Source: Acidobacteriota bacterium (lineage in GTDB: Bacteria > Acidobacteriota > Thermoanaerobaculia > UBA5066). Taken from it: a stretch of DNA of 64,000 nt. The position numbers and the translations under genes were made by a program. The stretch is taken from NCBI GenBank assembly GCA_036759345.1, contig DAIOUV010000006.1, forward strand, positions 28,438-92,437, read 5' to 3'. The notes beneath the pieces were generated by a model. It had not been told where the DNA came from. It did not search any database and saw only the letters and a program-made list of their open reading frames with translations. Below, in pieces: positions 42,658 to 52,301 of this stretch. Numbering within the stretch: the first letter of the stretch is position 1; each line of letters begins with the position of its first letter.

Positions 42658-44198
42658 TGTCTGAAGTGCCTTTTTTCCGTGAACATCATGGCGATTCCGG
42701 CGGCGTCGGCCGCGGCGACGACGACACTGTCCTTCACGGAGCCTCCGGGCTGGACGACCGCCATGACACCCGCCCTTGCGAGCACCTCGAGGCCGTCCGG
42801 GAACGGGAAGAACGCGTCCGATGCGGCGACGGCCCCCTTCGCGCGCTCGCCGGCCTTGCCGACCGCGTCGCGGCAGGCATCCACGCGGCTCGTGCGCCCG
42901 CCGCCGATGCCGTACGTGGCGTTCTCGCCGGCCACCACGATGCCGTTCGAGACGACCCCCCTGAGGACGCGGTTCGCGAAGCGCATCGCGCGCGTCTCGG
43001 CGTCGCTCGGGGCGCGCTTCGTCACGACTTTCCACGCCGTCGCGTCGTCCGGAACGAGGTCGCCCTCCTGCACGAGGAGACCCCCGTCGATGCCGCGCGC
43101 CTCGAGGCGCGGGCGCGGCGCGGTCTCCTTCTCGACCGTCAGGACGCGGAGGTTCGGCTTCTTCGCGAGAACCGTCTTCGCGTCGTCCGTGACGTCGTGG
43201 ACGACGATCACCTCGAGGAAGCGTGACGTGAGAGCGCCGGCGGCCGCGGCGTCGAGCGTTCCGGTGTAGGCGACGACGCCGCCGAATCCCGCGACGGGGT
43301 CGGAGGCCCACGCGGCCTCGAAGGCGTCCGCCATCGCGGGCGCCGTCGCGGCTCCCGCGGGGATGCGGTGCTTCACGATCGTGAGGGCGTTCGCCCCCAC
43401 GACGCGCGACGTGTAGAGGGCGGCGTCGGCGTCGAGGAAGTTGTTGTACGAGAGCTCCTTCCCCTGCACGAACCGGTAGCGCGAGAGGGCGGGCGCTGCC
43501 GCGGCAGCATCGACGTAAAGGGCTGCCTTCTGGTGCGGGTTCTCTCCGTAGCGGAGACCAGTCCCGAGCGAGAAGGTGAGCGACAGCCGTTCGGGAAACG
43601 TCTCGCCCGTCTTGGCCGAAAACCAGCGGGCGATCGCGGCGTCGTACGCCGCCGTGCGCCGGAACACCTTCGCGGCGAGGCGTCGCCTGGTCCCGTCGCC
43701 CAGAATGCCTTCGTTCGCCTTCAGCTCGGCCGCCACGGCCGCGTAGTCGGCGGGGTCGCAGAGGACGCCGACGTGTGCGTGGTTTTTCGCCGCCGCGCGC
43801 AGCAAGGCCGGACCGCCGACGTCGATCTTCTCGAGGGCCTCGTGAAACGGAACGTCCGGCTTCGCGACCGTGTCCTCGAAGGGATAGAGATTCACGACGA
43901 CGAGGTCGATGGGTGAGACCCCGTTCGCGGCGGCTTCGCTGAGGTCGCGGTCCACGGAGCGGTCAAACAGGATGCCGCCGAAGAGCTTCGGATGCAGCGT
44001 CTTCACGCGGCCGCCGAAGACCTCCGGGAAACCCGTGACGTCTGCGACGCTCGTGACCGGGAGACCGGCCGCCGCGAGATGCGCGGCCGTCCCGCCCGTC
44101 GAGAGGAGGCCGAAGCCGAGCCCGGTGAGGGCGCGGGCGAAATCGACGAGGCCGGTGCGATCGGAGACGGAGAGAAGCGCGAGACGGGTGTTACTCAC
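42654..44198 (-). CDS. purH: bifunctional AICAR transformylase / IMP cyclohydrolase
   Basis: GTG start (VSNTRLALLSVSDRTGLVDFA…) with an MGS-like domain, then an AICARFT domain. 515 aa. Confidence 0.9.
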   Translation of the reverse strand: MSNTRLALLSVSDRTGLVDFARALTGLGFGLLSTGGTAAHLAAAGLPVTSVADVTGFPEVFGGRVKTLHPKLFGGILFDRSVDRDLSEAAANGVSPIDLVVVNLYPFEDTVAKPDVPFHEALEKIDVGGPALLRAAAKNHAHVGVLCDPADYAAVAAELKANEGILGDGTRRRLAAKVFRRTAAYDAAIARWFSAKTGETFPERLSLTFSLGTGLRYGENPHQKAALYVDAAAAAPALSRYRFVQGKELSYNNFLDADAALYTSRVVGANALTIVKHRIPAGAATAPAMADAFEAAWASDPVAGFGGVVAYTGTLDAAAAGALTSRFLEVIVVHDVTDDAKTVLAKKPNLRVLTVEKETAPRPRLEARGIDGGLLVQEGDLVPDDATAWKVVTKRAPSDAETRAMRFANRVLRGVVSNGIVVAGENATYGIGGGRTSRVDACRDAVGKAGERAKGAVAASDAFFPFPDGLEVLARAGVMAVVQPGGSVKDSVVVAAADAAGIAMMFTEKRHFRH

Positions 44199-44787
44199 GG
44201 ACGGCGTACGGTCCTTTCGAGGCGGGATATTGCGTGACGGACGAGACGTCGCCTCCGGCAGCCTTCCAGATCCAGGCGAGGAGGCGGGTCGAGAGGGTGA
44301 CGGCCGCGTCGTAGCGCTCGCGCGCGGTGGTCGCGGGAAGCGGCGCCGCGGCCAGTATTTCGGGCGCCACGAACGGTTCCGCGGGGTACCCGAGGAATCG
44401 GGCGGTCTTGGGGACGTCCCCGGCCGCGCCGGCCGGCGGCGGCAGCGCGAGGGCAAACTCGTGGACGATTCCGCCCGTCTGATAGACGACTTCCTCGAAG
44501 GCCGTGTGCTTGCGGATGGCCTCGGCGAGAGAGCGCGCGCCGCGGGCCGCGGCTGCGCGATGGGCGGCCGCGTCGTGCGTGCCGGTTTCGGCGGCCACCG
44601 CGTCGCTCACACCCTGCATGAGCCGGCGACTGTGTCGCGCGAGCTGACGCTTGAAGTCCGGCGGCGCCCAGGAGGCCGCCTCGGCCGCCATCCGGGCCTC
44701 GTCGGGGACGCTCCAGCGCACGGGCTCCGCGCCCCGCGCGGCGGGCGCGATGAGAGCAAGTGCAAGGGCGGTGGCGAGGCGTCTCAT
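44191..44787 (-). CDS. secreted hypothetical protein (signal peptide)
   Basis: MRRLATALALALIAPAARGAEP signal peptide. 8-nt overlap with the purH start. No family recognised. Confidence 0.4.
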   Translation of the reverse strand: MRRLATALALALIAPAARGAEPVRWSVPDEARMAAEAASWAPPDFKRQLARHSRRLMQGVSDAVAAETGTHDAAAHRAAAARGARSLAEAIRKHTAFEEVVYQTGGIVHEFALALPPPAGAAGDVPKTARFLGYPAEPFVAPEILAAAPLPATTARERYDAAVTLSTRLLAWIWKAAGGDVSSVTQYPASKGPYAVRE

Positions 44788-44826
44788 GGCGGGCGGATTG
44801 TACGGGCGGCGGGCGCGGCCGGCGGC

Positions 44827-47808
44827 TCAGAAGATCTTCAGGATGGTCAGGCCCAGAACGAAGCCCTTCATCCCGCGATTGCGCCCGGAGACGGGCGTCC
44901 CGGCGTCGAGGCGCACGAGCGTCGCCCACGGCCCCGCGAACTCGCCCGAGATTCCCGCGCCGCTGAAGTAGGCCCAGTCGAGCCCCGCGGCCCGGTCCTT
45001 GACGCGCGCGTCGTCGTAGATCGCCTCGAGGCGGAATGCGCTCCCGATGACGTAGCCGTACGCGAACCTCGACGTGACCGCTTCCTCGGCTCGCAGGGCA
45101 CCGGAGCGGTATCCAATGAGCGACGTACCGCCGAAGAAGCCGAACGTGTAGTTCGAGAAGCGGTCCGTGTTGTGAGAGCCGAGGTACCCGACCGACGCGC
45201 GCACGCGCTGGAAGCGCGGCAGGTGAAAGTCTTTCTGCAGCTCGACGCCCCAGGTCGTATACGCGTCCTTGCCCGGGTCGTAGTCGGGGTTCCCCGCGAA
45301 GCCCCACGGGTCCCACTGCGACCTCTTGTTCCACGCCCAGCGGCCCGTGAGCGCCCACCCGCGCCAGTCCCACGCGAGCTGGCCCTCGAGCCGCGTGAGC
45401 CAGTGATTCGACGGGATCACGAACGCCGGCGAAGTCTCGGCGTTGTCGGCCGCGAAATCCCGGTGAGACTCGGTGACCGTGCCCGTCAGCTTCAGGTGCC
45501 GCGCGATCGGGACGCCGGCCTTGAACGCGGCCGCGAAGGACCGGCTTTTCACGCGCTGTGTCTTGTCCTCCTCGCCCCCGGCGTAGAGCGCGTCCGTGCC
45601 CTGGATTGCGATGCCGAAGACGTCGATGCCGACGTCGACCGGCGAGCCCCCGAGCCGGGGCTGACCCCACGACGCCGCGAGGAGGACGCCGCCGAAGAGG
45701 ATCTGGAACTGGTCGTGCCGCTTGCTCGCGTCGAGGTCGATCCAGTAGACGCCGAGGAGAGGGAGCGGGTAGTCGTAGGACCCGTCATAGAAGAGGCCGC
45801 CGAGGCCGAAGAGCCTGCCGTGTTTCGCGTCCTCCGTGACGCGACGCCCCCCGTCCTTCGTCTTCTCGAGGTAGCGCACCCCCTTCTCGGTGTCACGCAC
45901 CATCGTGTCCCTCGAGGCGAACGTCTCCTCGCGGTCCGCGAGGAAGGAGGGAGCGTCGAGCCGGATGTCCGTGAGCACGCTCTCGCGCTCGATCACGGTC
46001 GTGCGCGAGAAGGTCTTGAGGATCCACTGGCCGGTCGTGCGCGTCGGGAGGCGCAGCGGCGGCCCGCCGTCGGGAGCGGGAACGTCCGTGAAGTCGGCCG
46101 TCTCGTCCACGGCCTGAATCTCGGCCGTGAGGTTCAGCTGCCGCGTGCGCACGCGGACGGCCGCGAACCCGTCGCGCGCGATCCACACGCGTCCGGCGTA
46201 AACGGGCTTGTCCGTCACGGCGACGCGCGGCTCGAAGTCGAGAGCCCAGCATGGGACCCCGTTCACGGTGTCCTCGCCGGCGAGAGCGTAGCGGTACGTG
46301 TCGTCGAGCGTGAGGGCGAGCGGCATGTCCGAGACCTTCTCGGGCTGCAGGAGCGGGAGCTCGGGCAGCTTCTTCGCCTTCCAGCGCACGCCGTTGAAGT
46401 AGGCGTCGTGCCACGCCCAGTCGAACCCGGCGCCCTTCTCGTAGAAGAACGGACCGGCGAGCGTGAGGTCGAGCGTGTTGCCGAGGTTCGCGAAGCGGAA
46501 GCGCATCGAGAGCGAGTTCGTCGCCGAGAGCGTCTTCCAGCGCGCGTCGCGGGCCGCCCGCCAAGCCTGGTGCTGCGCGAGGATCTCCTCGGCCGTGATC
46601 CCGCGCGCCGCCGCGACGCCGACCGCGGCCTTCGGCGCCTCTGCGGGGGCCTTCTCGCGAGCCGCGAGGCGCACGGCGAGCGGGCCCTTCGCGAGCGAGA
46701 GCGTGAGGCGTGCCGGGACCGCGCCGGCGGGAATCTCGAGCTTCTTCGAGGCCCCGGTCGCGAGCTCGAGGATCTCGGCCGAGGCGTAGGGCGTCGCGTC
46801 GAGCGTGAGCACGACCGCTCCGGCGGGCGCGGACGCGCCGTCCCGCGTGCCGGGCACGAGGACGACGCCTCCGGAGTCGACGCCCGACACGACACGGAAC
46901 GCGTCGCGCGGGCTCCCGTCGGGGGCCGCGGCCGACGCCGCGCGCGCGTCGGGCCCGAAGTCGCCGGCGACGACGCCGGCGAAGCCCTCGAGCGCGGCGT
47001 CATCGCCGGGCGGCCACGCGGGCGACGCGACGACGAACGGGACGTTCTCCGGCGCGAGGCGCGCGGCTGCGGCCAGGAGAGCACCGGGGGAGGGGACGGA
47101 GAAATGCTCGAGATCGACGAAGGCGGGTTTCCCGAAGGCGACATCGTCGATGGCAACCCGGACCTCGCCGGGCCTTGGCGGCGCAACAGGGGTCACGCCG
47201 AGAAAATCGACGTACGCGGTATTTTCTTCTGAAAGGAGACTGCGGACGTCGCGCGGCAAAAGCTCGCCGTGAGCGAGGGGACCGGCCGCGAAAACGAGGC
47301 GCGCTTGCGGCGCTGCTGCGCGCGCGCCTGCAAACACTTTTCTGAGCAAATACGCCCGTGCCTTCGGGTCGCCGCCCTCGGGCGCGGCGAAGGCGATCGT
47401 GACGAGATCCGCGCTCTTCGCTTCTCTCAGGATCTCTCCCGGCCCCGGCCACAAGTCTTCCACTGTCGCCGTTTCCGCGGCGCGCACGTCCGCGGGCACG
47501 GCGGCATCGGGCAGCGCGAGCGAGAGCCCCCAGCGCCAGCCGGCGCCGTGCGCGTGCTCGGCGAGGGAGCGCGCCGCGGCGAGCGACGCCCCACGCCCGC
47601 CCGCCCACGAGGCTGCGTCGATCTTCAGGAGCAGCCCGGGCGCGTTCGGCGAAAGAGGAGCCGGCGGCCTCGAGGCGAGGCGCGCGATCCGGGAGTCCGC
47701 CGGGACGACCGCGAGCCAGGGCGCGACGTACGGGCGCGGCGTCGCCGCGCGCGCCGTCGGCGAGAGGAAGAGGCCGAGAAGGGCCGTGAGGATTCGGCGC
47801 AGCGACAT
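44827..47808 (-). CDS. large outer-membrane protein (signal peptide, periplasmic domain, C-terminal beta-barrel ending in Phe)
   Basis: Start placed at MSLRRILTALLGLFLSPTARA (signal peptide). W/Y/G-rich C-terminal ~300 aa with terminal …LGLTILKIF typical of OMP barrels. 993 aa. Confidence 0.55.
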   Translation of the reverse strand: MSLRRILTALLGLFLSPTARAATPRPYVAPWLAVVPADSRIARLASRPPAPLSPNAPGLLLKIDAASWAGGRGASLAAARSLAEHAHGAGWRWGLSLALPDAAVPADVRAAETATVEDLWPGPGEILREAKSADLVTIAFAAPEGGDPKARAYLLRKVFAGARAAAPQARLVFAAGPLAHGELLPRDVRSLLSEENTAYVDFLGVTPVAPPRPGEVRVAIDDVAFGKPAFVDLEHFSVPSPGALLAAAARLAPENVPFVVASPAWPPGDDAALEGFAGVVAGDFGPDARAASAAAPDGSPRDAFRVVSGVDSGGVVLVPGTRDGASAPAGAVVLTLDATPYASAEILELATGASKKLEIPAGAVPARLTLSLAKGPLAVRLAAREKAPAEAPKAAVGVAAARGITAEEILAQHQAWRAARDARWKTLSATNSLSMRFRFANLGNTLDLTLAGPFFYEKGAGFDWAWHDAYFNGVRWKAKKLPELPLLQPEKVSDMPLALTLDDTYRYALAGEDTVNGVPCWALDFEPRVAVTDKPVYAGRVWIARDGFAAVRVRTRQLNLTAEIQAVDETADFTDVPAPDGGPPLRLPTRTTGQWILKTFSRTTVIERESVLTDIRLDAPSFLADREETFASRDTMVRDTEKGVRYLEKTKDGGRRVTEDAKHGRLFGLGGLFYDGSYDYPLPLLGVYWIDLDASKRHDQFQILFGGVLLAASWGQPRLGGSPVDVGIDVFGIAIQGTDALYAGGEEDKTQRVKSRSFAAAFKAGVPIARHLKLTGTVTESHRDFAADNAETSPAFVIPSNHWLTRLEGQLAWDWRGWALTGRWAWNKRSQWDPWGFAGNPDYDPGKDAYTTWGVELQKDFHLPRFQRVRASVGYLGSHNTDRFSNYTFGFFGGTSLIGYRSGALRAEEAVTSRFAYGYVIGSAFRLEAIYDDARVKDRAAGLDWAYFSGAGISGEFAGPWATLVRLDAGTPVSGRNRGMKGFVLGLTILKIF

Positions 47809-47849
47809 CCGGGGATTGTACGGGTGGCCGGCGTCGGTCGTTTGCGGGC

Positions 47850-48305
47850 TCAGGGAATATGGAGAGGGGCGTCTTCGGGCGGCGTGCAGAGGATGACGCT
47901 CGCGATCCAGGCGGCGAAGAGGCACGCGGCCGCTCCGAGCAGGATTTCCCCCGCGGCGACGAGAGGCTCGGCCGGATCGAGATTCGCCTGGTGCCGGAGG
48001 AATCCCGCGCTGACGAGGGCCGTGCCGGACAGATAGAAGCCGAATTGCCAGATCTGGAACGCCTTCGAGGGGCGCCGCTGGTACTTGCTCTCGGCGACGC
48101 GGGCAAACGAGAGGAACAGGAGCGGCAGCGCCGCGGCGATCGCCAGGACCCGGAGGGTCGACACGCCCCCTTCCCGATGGCCCGCGGACGGGAAGGCGGC
48201 CCCGAGCGCGACGAGGGCCGTCTCGACGAGGGCGGTGGTCGCGATCGCGAGCATCCAGAAATGGAAGGCCTCGGTCCGGGTGCGCGGAAGGCGAGTTTCG
48301 GCCAT
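47850..48305 (-). CDS. small hypothetical membrane protein (4 predicted TM)
   Basis: 151 aa, hydrophobic segments. Lies between recA and the OM protein gene on the same strand. Confidence 0.4.
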   Translation of the reverse strand: MAETRLPRTRTEAFHFWMLAIATTALVETALVALGAAFPSAGHREGGVSTLRVLAIAAALPLLFLSFARVAESKYQRRPSKAFQIWQFGFYLSGTALVSAGFLRHQANLDPAEPLVAAGEILLGAAACLFAAWIASVILCTPPEDAPLHIP

Positions 48306-48361
48306 GGCTTACCTTTGAGACGATGGCGGGGGCCCTTGGTTTACGCCGCGGGCCCCCGAAA

Positions 48362-49483
48362 TCACTTTTTTTTCTCGGGAGTGGCGCTCTTTGCCGCGGC
48401 CTTGGGCTCGGGCGCCTTGGGTTCCGCTTTCGGCTCGGGGGGCAGGGTCCCGGGAGAGGCGACGGGGGCTCCGAGCACGTCGCCCGTCGGAAGACCCAGG
48501 TTCGCCCGGATCTTCCTTTCGATCTCGGCGGCGATGTCGGGGTTGTCGCGGAAGAACTGCTTGGAATTCTCGCGGCCCTGCCCGATGCGCAGGTCGCCGT
48601 AGCTGAACCATGCGCCGGACTTCTCGACGATCTTCATCTCGATGCCGAGGTCGATGAGCTCGCCCGTCTTCGAGATGCCCTCGCCGTACGCGATGTCGAA
48701 CTCGGCGAACCGGAAGGGGGGAGCGACCTTGTTCTTGACGATCTTGACCTTCGTGCGGCTTCCGATGACGACCTCGCCATCCTTGATGGCGTTGAGGCGC
48801 CGGATGTCGATGCGGACCGACGAATAGAATTTCAGGGCGCGGCCGCCCGACGTCGTCTCGGGGTTCCCGAACATGACGCCGATCTTTTCGCGGATCTGGT
48901 TGATGAAGATGAGCGTCGTGTTCGATTTCGAGACGACCGCCGTGAGCTTGCGCATCGCCTGCGACATGAGGCGCGCCTGCAGGCCGACCACGGCGTCGCC
49001 CATCTCGCCCTCGAGCTCGGCCTTCGGAACGAGCGCGGCGACGGAGTCGATGACGATGACGTCGATGGCGGCCGACCGCACGAGCGCCTCGGCGATCTCG
49101 AGCGCCTGTTCGCCCGAGTCGGGCTGGGAGACCATGAGGTTGTCCACGTCGACGCCGAGCTTCCGGGCGTAGTCGGGGTCCATCGCGTGCTCGGCGTCGA
49201 TGAAGGCCGCGAGCCCGCCGCGCTTCTGCGCCTCGGCGATGACGTGAAGGGTCAGGGTCGTCTTGCCCGAGGACTCCGGTCCGAAGACTTCGATCACGCG
49301 GCCGCGGGGGATGCCGCCGATTCCCAGCGCGGCGTCCACGCCGATGGAACCCGTCGAGATGCACTGGATGACCGCGTGCGGCTTGTCGCCGAGACGGACG
49401 AGGGCGCCCTTGCCGAACTGCCGTTCGATCTGCTGGAGCGCCTGCTCGAGTGCTTTCTGCTTTTCCTTGTTCACTTCGACCAT
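48362..49483 (-). CDS. recA: recombinase A
   Basis: GPESSGKTT Walker A and the full RecA core. Lys/Pro/Ala-rich C-terminal tail. Confidence 0.95.
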   Translation of the reverse strand: MVEVNKEKQKALEQALQQIERQFGKGALVRLGDKPHAVIQCISTGSIGVDAALGIGGIPRGRVIEVFGPESSGKTTLTLHVIAEAQKRGGLAAFIDAEHAMDPDYARKLGVDVDNLMVSQPDSGEQALEIAEALVRSAAIDVIVIDSVAALVPKAELEGEMGDAVVGLQARLMSQAMRKLTAVVSKSNTTLIFINQIREKIGVMFGNPETTSGGRALKFYSSVRIDIRRLNAIKDGEVVIGSRTKVKIVKNKVAPPFRFAEFDIAYGEGISKTGELIDLGIEMKIVEKSGAWFSYGDLRIGQGRENSKQFFRDNPDIAAEIERKIRANLGLPTGDVLGAPVASPGTLPPEPKAEPKAPEPKAAAKSATPEKKK

Positions 49484-49504
49484 TTGGTCTCCTTAGAGAA
49501 GAGA

Positions 49505-49545
49505 GGCGGATTATAGGGACCAAGGAGCGGACGGGGCGACACACG
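49505..49545 (-). promoter_or_regulatory. candidate recA promoter (-10 TATAAT)
   Basis: Minus strand: …CCCTATAATCCGCCTCTCTTCTCTAAGGAGAC-ATG. Perfect -10 hexamer ~27 nt upstream of the ATG. AAGGAG SD. The -35 element is weak. Confidence 0.4.
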
Positions 49546-49623
49546 CCACACCGGCGCCACTCAGCCTTCTAAGAAAAACACTTGGAAACGGCCTACGATC
49601 AGTTGGCCGCGCGGAAGGAACGC

Positions 49624-50178
49624 ATGGAAAGTAGTCCCCGGTCGCCCGAAAATCAAGAGGTCAACGGCGGTCTTCGCCCCTGGCCCGAGGTTTTCGCGGC
49701 CTCGCGCGTGACGACCCTCGTCGCGACGTGGTTCGGGGCCGGGCTGCTTCCGGTAGCTCCGGGCACGTGGGGGAGCCTCGCCGCGATCCCTTTCGCCCAT
49801 CTCGTCGTGGCGATTTGGGGGGTCTGGGGTCTCGTCGGCTTCGCGCTCGCGGTCACGCTCGTCGGCGTGCACGCGGCGGGCGAGACGGCGCGCCTGCGCG
49901 GCATCGGCGATCCGCCGGAAGTGGTCGTGGACGAGGTCGCGGGGCAGTCCATCGCGCTCCTGCCGGTCTATGCGCTCGTGCCGCCCGAGGCCACGCTCAT
50001 CCGGATCGGCGCCGTGTTCGGGGTGTTCGCCCTTTTTCGTGTTCTCGACGTTTGGAAGCCCGGCCCGATCGGCGCGCTCGAGCGGCTGCCGGGGGGATGG
50101 GGCGTGATGATGGACGACGTCCTCGGCGGCGCCGTCGCGGGAGCGCTCGCCGGCGCCGTGCTCCTCCTGGTGCGATGA
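49624..50178 (+). CDS. pgpA: phosphatidylglycerophosphatase A
   Basis: TWFGAGLLPVAPGTWGSLAAIP matches the PgpA signature. Start taken at MESSPRS (49624); the ORF track gives 49582. Confidence 0.75.
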   Translation: MESSPRSPENQEVNGGLRPWPEVFAASRVTTLVATWFGAGLLPVAPGTWGSLAAIPFAHLVVAIWGVWGLVGFALAVTLVGVHAAGETARLRGIGDPPEVVVDEVAGQSIALLPVYALVPPEATLIRIGAVFGVFALFRVLDVWKPGPIGALERLPGGWGVMMDDVLGGAVAGALAGAVLLLVR

Positions 50179-51062
50179 TCGAAAGCGCCCTCTCCGGCAT
50201 GCGCGCGGTCGTGCGCGAGAACGTCCCGCTTTCCGGCCGGACGACGCTCCGGATCGGCGGGCCGGCCCGGTATTTCGTGGAAGCCCACGACGCGGAGGCG
50301 CTCGCGGCGCTCCTCCGCGCGGGTCGCGCCGCGGGACTGCCCGTTCTCGCTCTCGGGAAGGGGTCGAACCTCCTCGTTCCCGACGCGGGATTCCCCGGAG
50401 TCGTGTTCACGCTCGCGGGCGACTTCCTCGCGACGCGAATCGAGCCGCCGGAGGTCGTGGCGGGCGGCGGGGTGTCGCTCATGTCGCTCGCCGCCAGAAC
50501 GCAGAGGGCGGGCCTCTCCGGCCTCGAGAACCTGTCCGGCATTCCGTCGTCGCTCGGCGGGGCCGTGCGCATCAACGCCGGGTCCTACGGCTCGGAGCTG
50601 TTCGACGTCCTCGTGGCGGCCGATCTCGTCTCGGGCGATGGGGAAGCGCGCACGGCGCCGGCGTCCGAGATCGCACACGGCTACCGGCGGACGGCGCTCT
50701 CTGACACCGACGACATCGTGACCGGGGCTCGCCTCCGCCTCGCGCCGAAACCACCCGCCGAGATCGCGTCGCGAATGGCGGAGGTGACCGCGAAGAGAAA
50801 GAACGCCCTGCCGACGCAGCCAAATGCCGGTTCGATTTTCAAGAACCCGCCGGGTTTCTTCGCGGGGAAACTGCTCGAGGAATGCGGGTTGAAGGGCCGC
50901 CGCATCGGAGGCGCCGAGATCTCGCCCGTTCACGCGAACGTGATCGTCAACGTCGGCGGAGCGACTGCGGCGGACGTCACGTCGCTGATGGAAGAGATGA
51001 AGAAGGCCGTGAAAAACAGGTTCGGCATCGAATTGGCAGCCGAGATTCGACTTCTCGGATAA
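50175..51062 (+). CDS. murB: UDP-N-acetylenolpyruvoylglucosamine reductase
   Basis: FAD-binding domain (LRIGGPARYFVE…, LGKGSNLLV) plus MurB C-terminal domain. ATGA overlap with pgpA. Confidence 0.9.
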   Translation: MIESALSGMRAVVRENVPLSGRTTLRIGGPARYFVEAHDAEALAALLRAGRAAGLPVLALGKGSNLLVPDAGFPGVVFTLAGDFLATRIEPPEVVAGGGVSLMSLAARTQRAGLSGLENLSGIPSSLGGAVRINAGSYGSELFDVLVAADLVSGDGEARTAPASEIAHGYRRTALSDTDDIVTGARLRLAPKPPAEIASRMAEVTAKRKNALPTQPNAGSIFKNPPGFFAGKLLEECGLKGRRIGGAEISPVHANVIVNVGGATAADVTSLMEEMKKAVKNRFGIELAAEIRLLG

Positions 51063-51093
51063 CGTATCGCTCGTCCCTCGGGAGGACCGACCG

Positions 51094-52242
51094 ATGAGAA
51101 GACATTTCGCTTTCCTTTTTCTCCTGCTCTCGGGCGTGGCGCTCTTCGGGGCCTGCGGAACGAAGGAGCTTCCCGACCTCGCGATCGGAGTGATCGCCGA
51201 GCTCAGCGGCGACATTCCCGCCATCGGCGCCTCGTGCAAGAACGCGGCCGAGATGGCCGTCGCCGAGATCAACGAAGCCGGCGGCGTGAAGGTCGCCGGG
51301 AAGGCGCATCGGCTCCGGCTCGTCATGGAAGACAGCAAGGGAACCGCAGCGGAGGCCGGCGAGGCTCTGAAGCGCCTCGCCTCGGAAGACAACGTGTTCG
51401 CGATCGTGGGTCCGAACGCGAGCGTGGGCGCGATCCCCGCCGCGCAAGTGGCGGAGGAGGGGAAGATCCCCATGATCTCTCCCTGGTCCACGAACCCGCT
51501 GACGACGGCGGGGAAGAAGTGGGTCTTTCGAGCCTGCTTCACCGACGCCTTCGAGGGGCACGTCCTCGCGCGGTTCGCGACGGGATACCTTCACGCGGCG
51601 AAGGCGGCCGTTCTCTACGACCCGGGCTCTGAGGCGCCGAAGAGCCAGGCCGAGCTTTTCCGGAAGGACTTCGAGGAGGCGGGAGGCAAGGTCGTAGCGT
51701 TCGAGACGTACAAGACCGGCGACAAGGATTTCGCCGCCCCTCTCTCACGCATCGCGGCCGCCGCTCCCGACATCATTTTCCTGCCGAGTTACTACAACGA
51801 AGTCCCTCTGCAGCTCCGCGAGGCGCGCAAGCTCGGAATCAAGGTGCCCTTCCTCGGCAGCGACAACTGGAGCAGCCCGGAGCTGGTCAAGTTGGCAGGC
51901 GGGGATGCCGAGGGGGCGACGTTCTGCAACCACTACGCGCCAGAAGTGCGCGTGGACGCGGTCGCGCACTTCGTCACGCCCTACAGGAACAAGTACGGGC
52001 AGACGCCCGACGACGTCGCCGCCCTGACGTACGACTCCTTCAAGCTTCTCGCGAAGGCCGTCGCGGGGGCTTCGCGGCTGGATCGCGAGGCGATCCGGGA
52101 GGCTTTGTCGAAGATCCGCGAGTTCGAAGGCGTGACCGGGAAAATGACGTTCAAGGAAGGCTCGGGCGACCCGGTAAAGAGCGCCGTGATGATGAGGGTC
52201 GAAGACGGCAAGCCGGTCTTCGTGACCACGGTCGATCCCTGA
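51094..52242 (+). CDS. ABC transporter substrate-binding lipoprotein, branched-chain amino acid (LivJ/K) family
   Basis: Lipobox LFGAC. Periplasmic-binding-protein type I fold motifs. No cognate permease or ATPase genes adjacent. Confidence 0.8.
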   Translation: MRRHFAFLFLLLSGVALFGACGTKELPDLAIGVIAELSGDIPAIGASCKNAAEMAVAEINEAGGVKVAGKAHRLRLVMEDSKGTAAEAGEALKRLASEDNVFAIVGPNASVGAIPAAQVAEEGKIPMISPWSTNPLTTAGKKWVFRACFTDAFEGHVLARFATGYLHAAKAAVLYDPGSEAPKSQAELFRKDFEEAGGKVVAFETYKTGDKDFAAPLSRIAAAAPDIIFLPSYYNEVPLQLREARKLGIKVPFLGSDNWSSPELVKLAGGDAEGATFCNHYAPEVRVDAVAHFVTPYRNKYGQTPDDVAALTYDSFKLLAKAVAGASRLDREAIREALSKIREFEGVTGKMTFKEGSGDPVKSAVMMRVEDGKPVFVTTVDP

Positions 52243-52301
52243 CTTTCGGCAAGCGCCCGCCTCGCAGTCGCGGGGGCCTCCGGGCCCGTACAATCTCAGG
52301 A

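Noticed and set aside
43909-47232. 1107-aa ORF on the plus strand
   Set aside because: Antisense to purH, the secreted protein and the OM protein genes. Arg/Glu/Gly-rich with no recognisable motifs.
49567-49575. Palindrome TTCTAAGAA upstream of recA as a possible LexA box
   Set aside because: It lies about 50 nt upstream of the -10 element rather than overlapping the promoter, and it matches no LexA consensus I know (CTGT-N8-ACAG, GAAC-N4-GTTC, GTTC-N7-GTTC).
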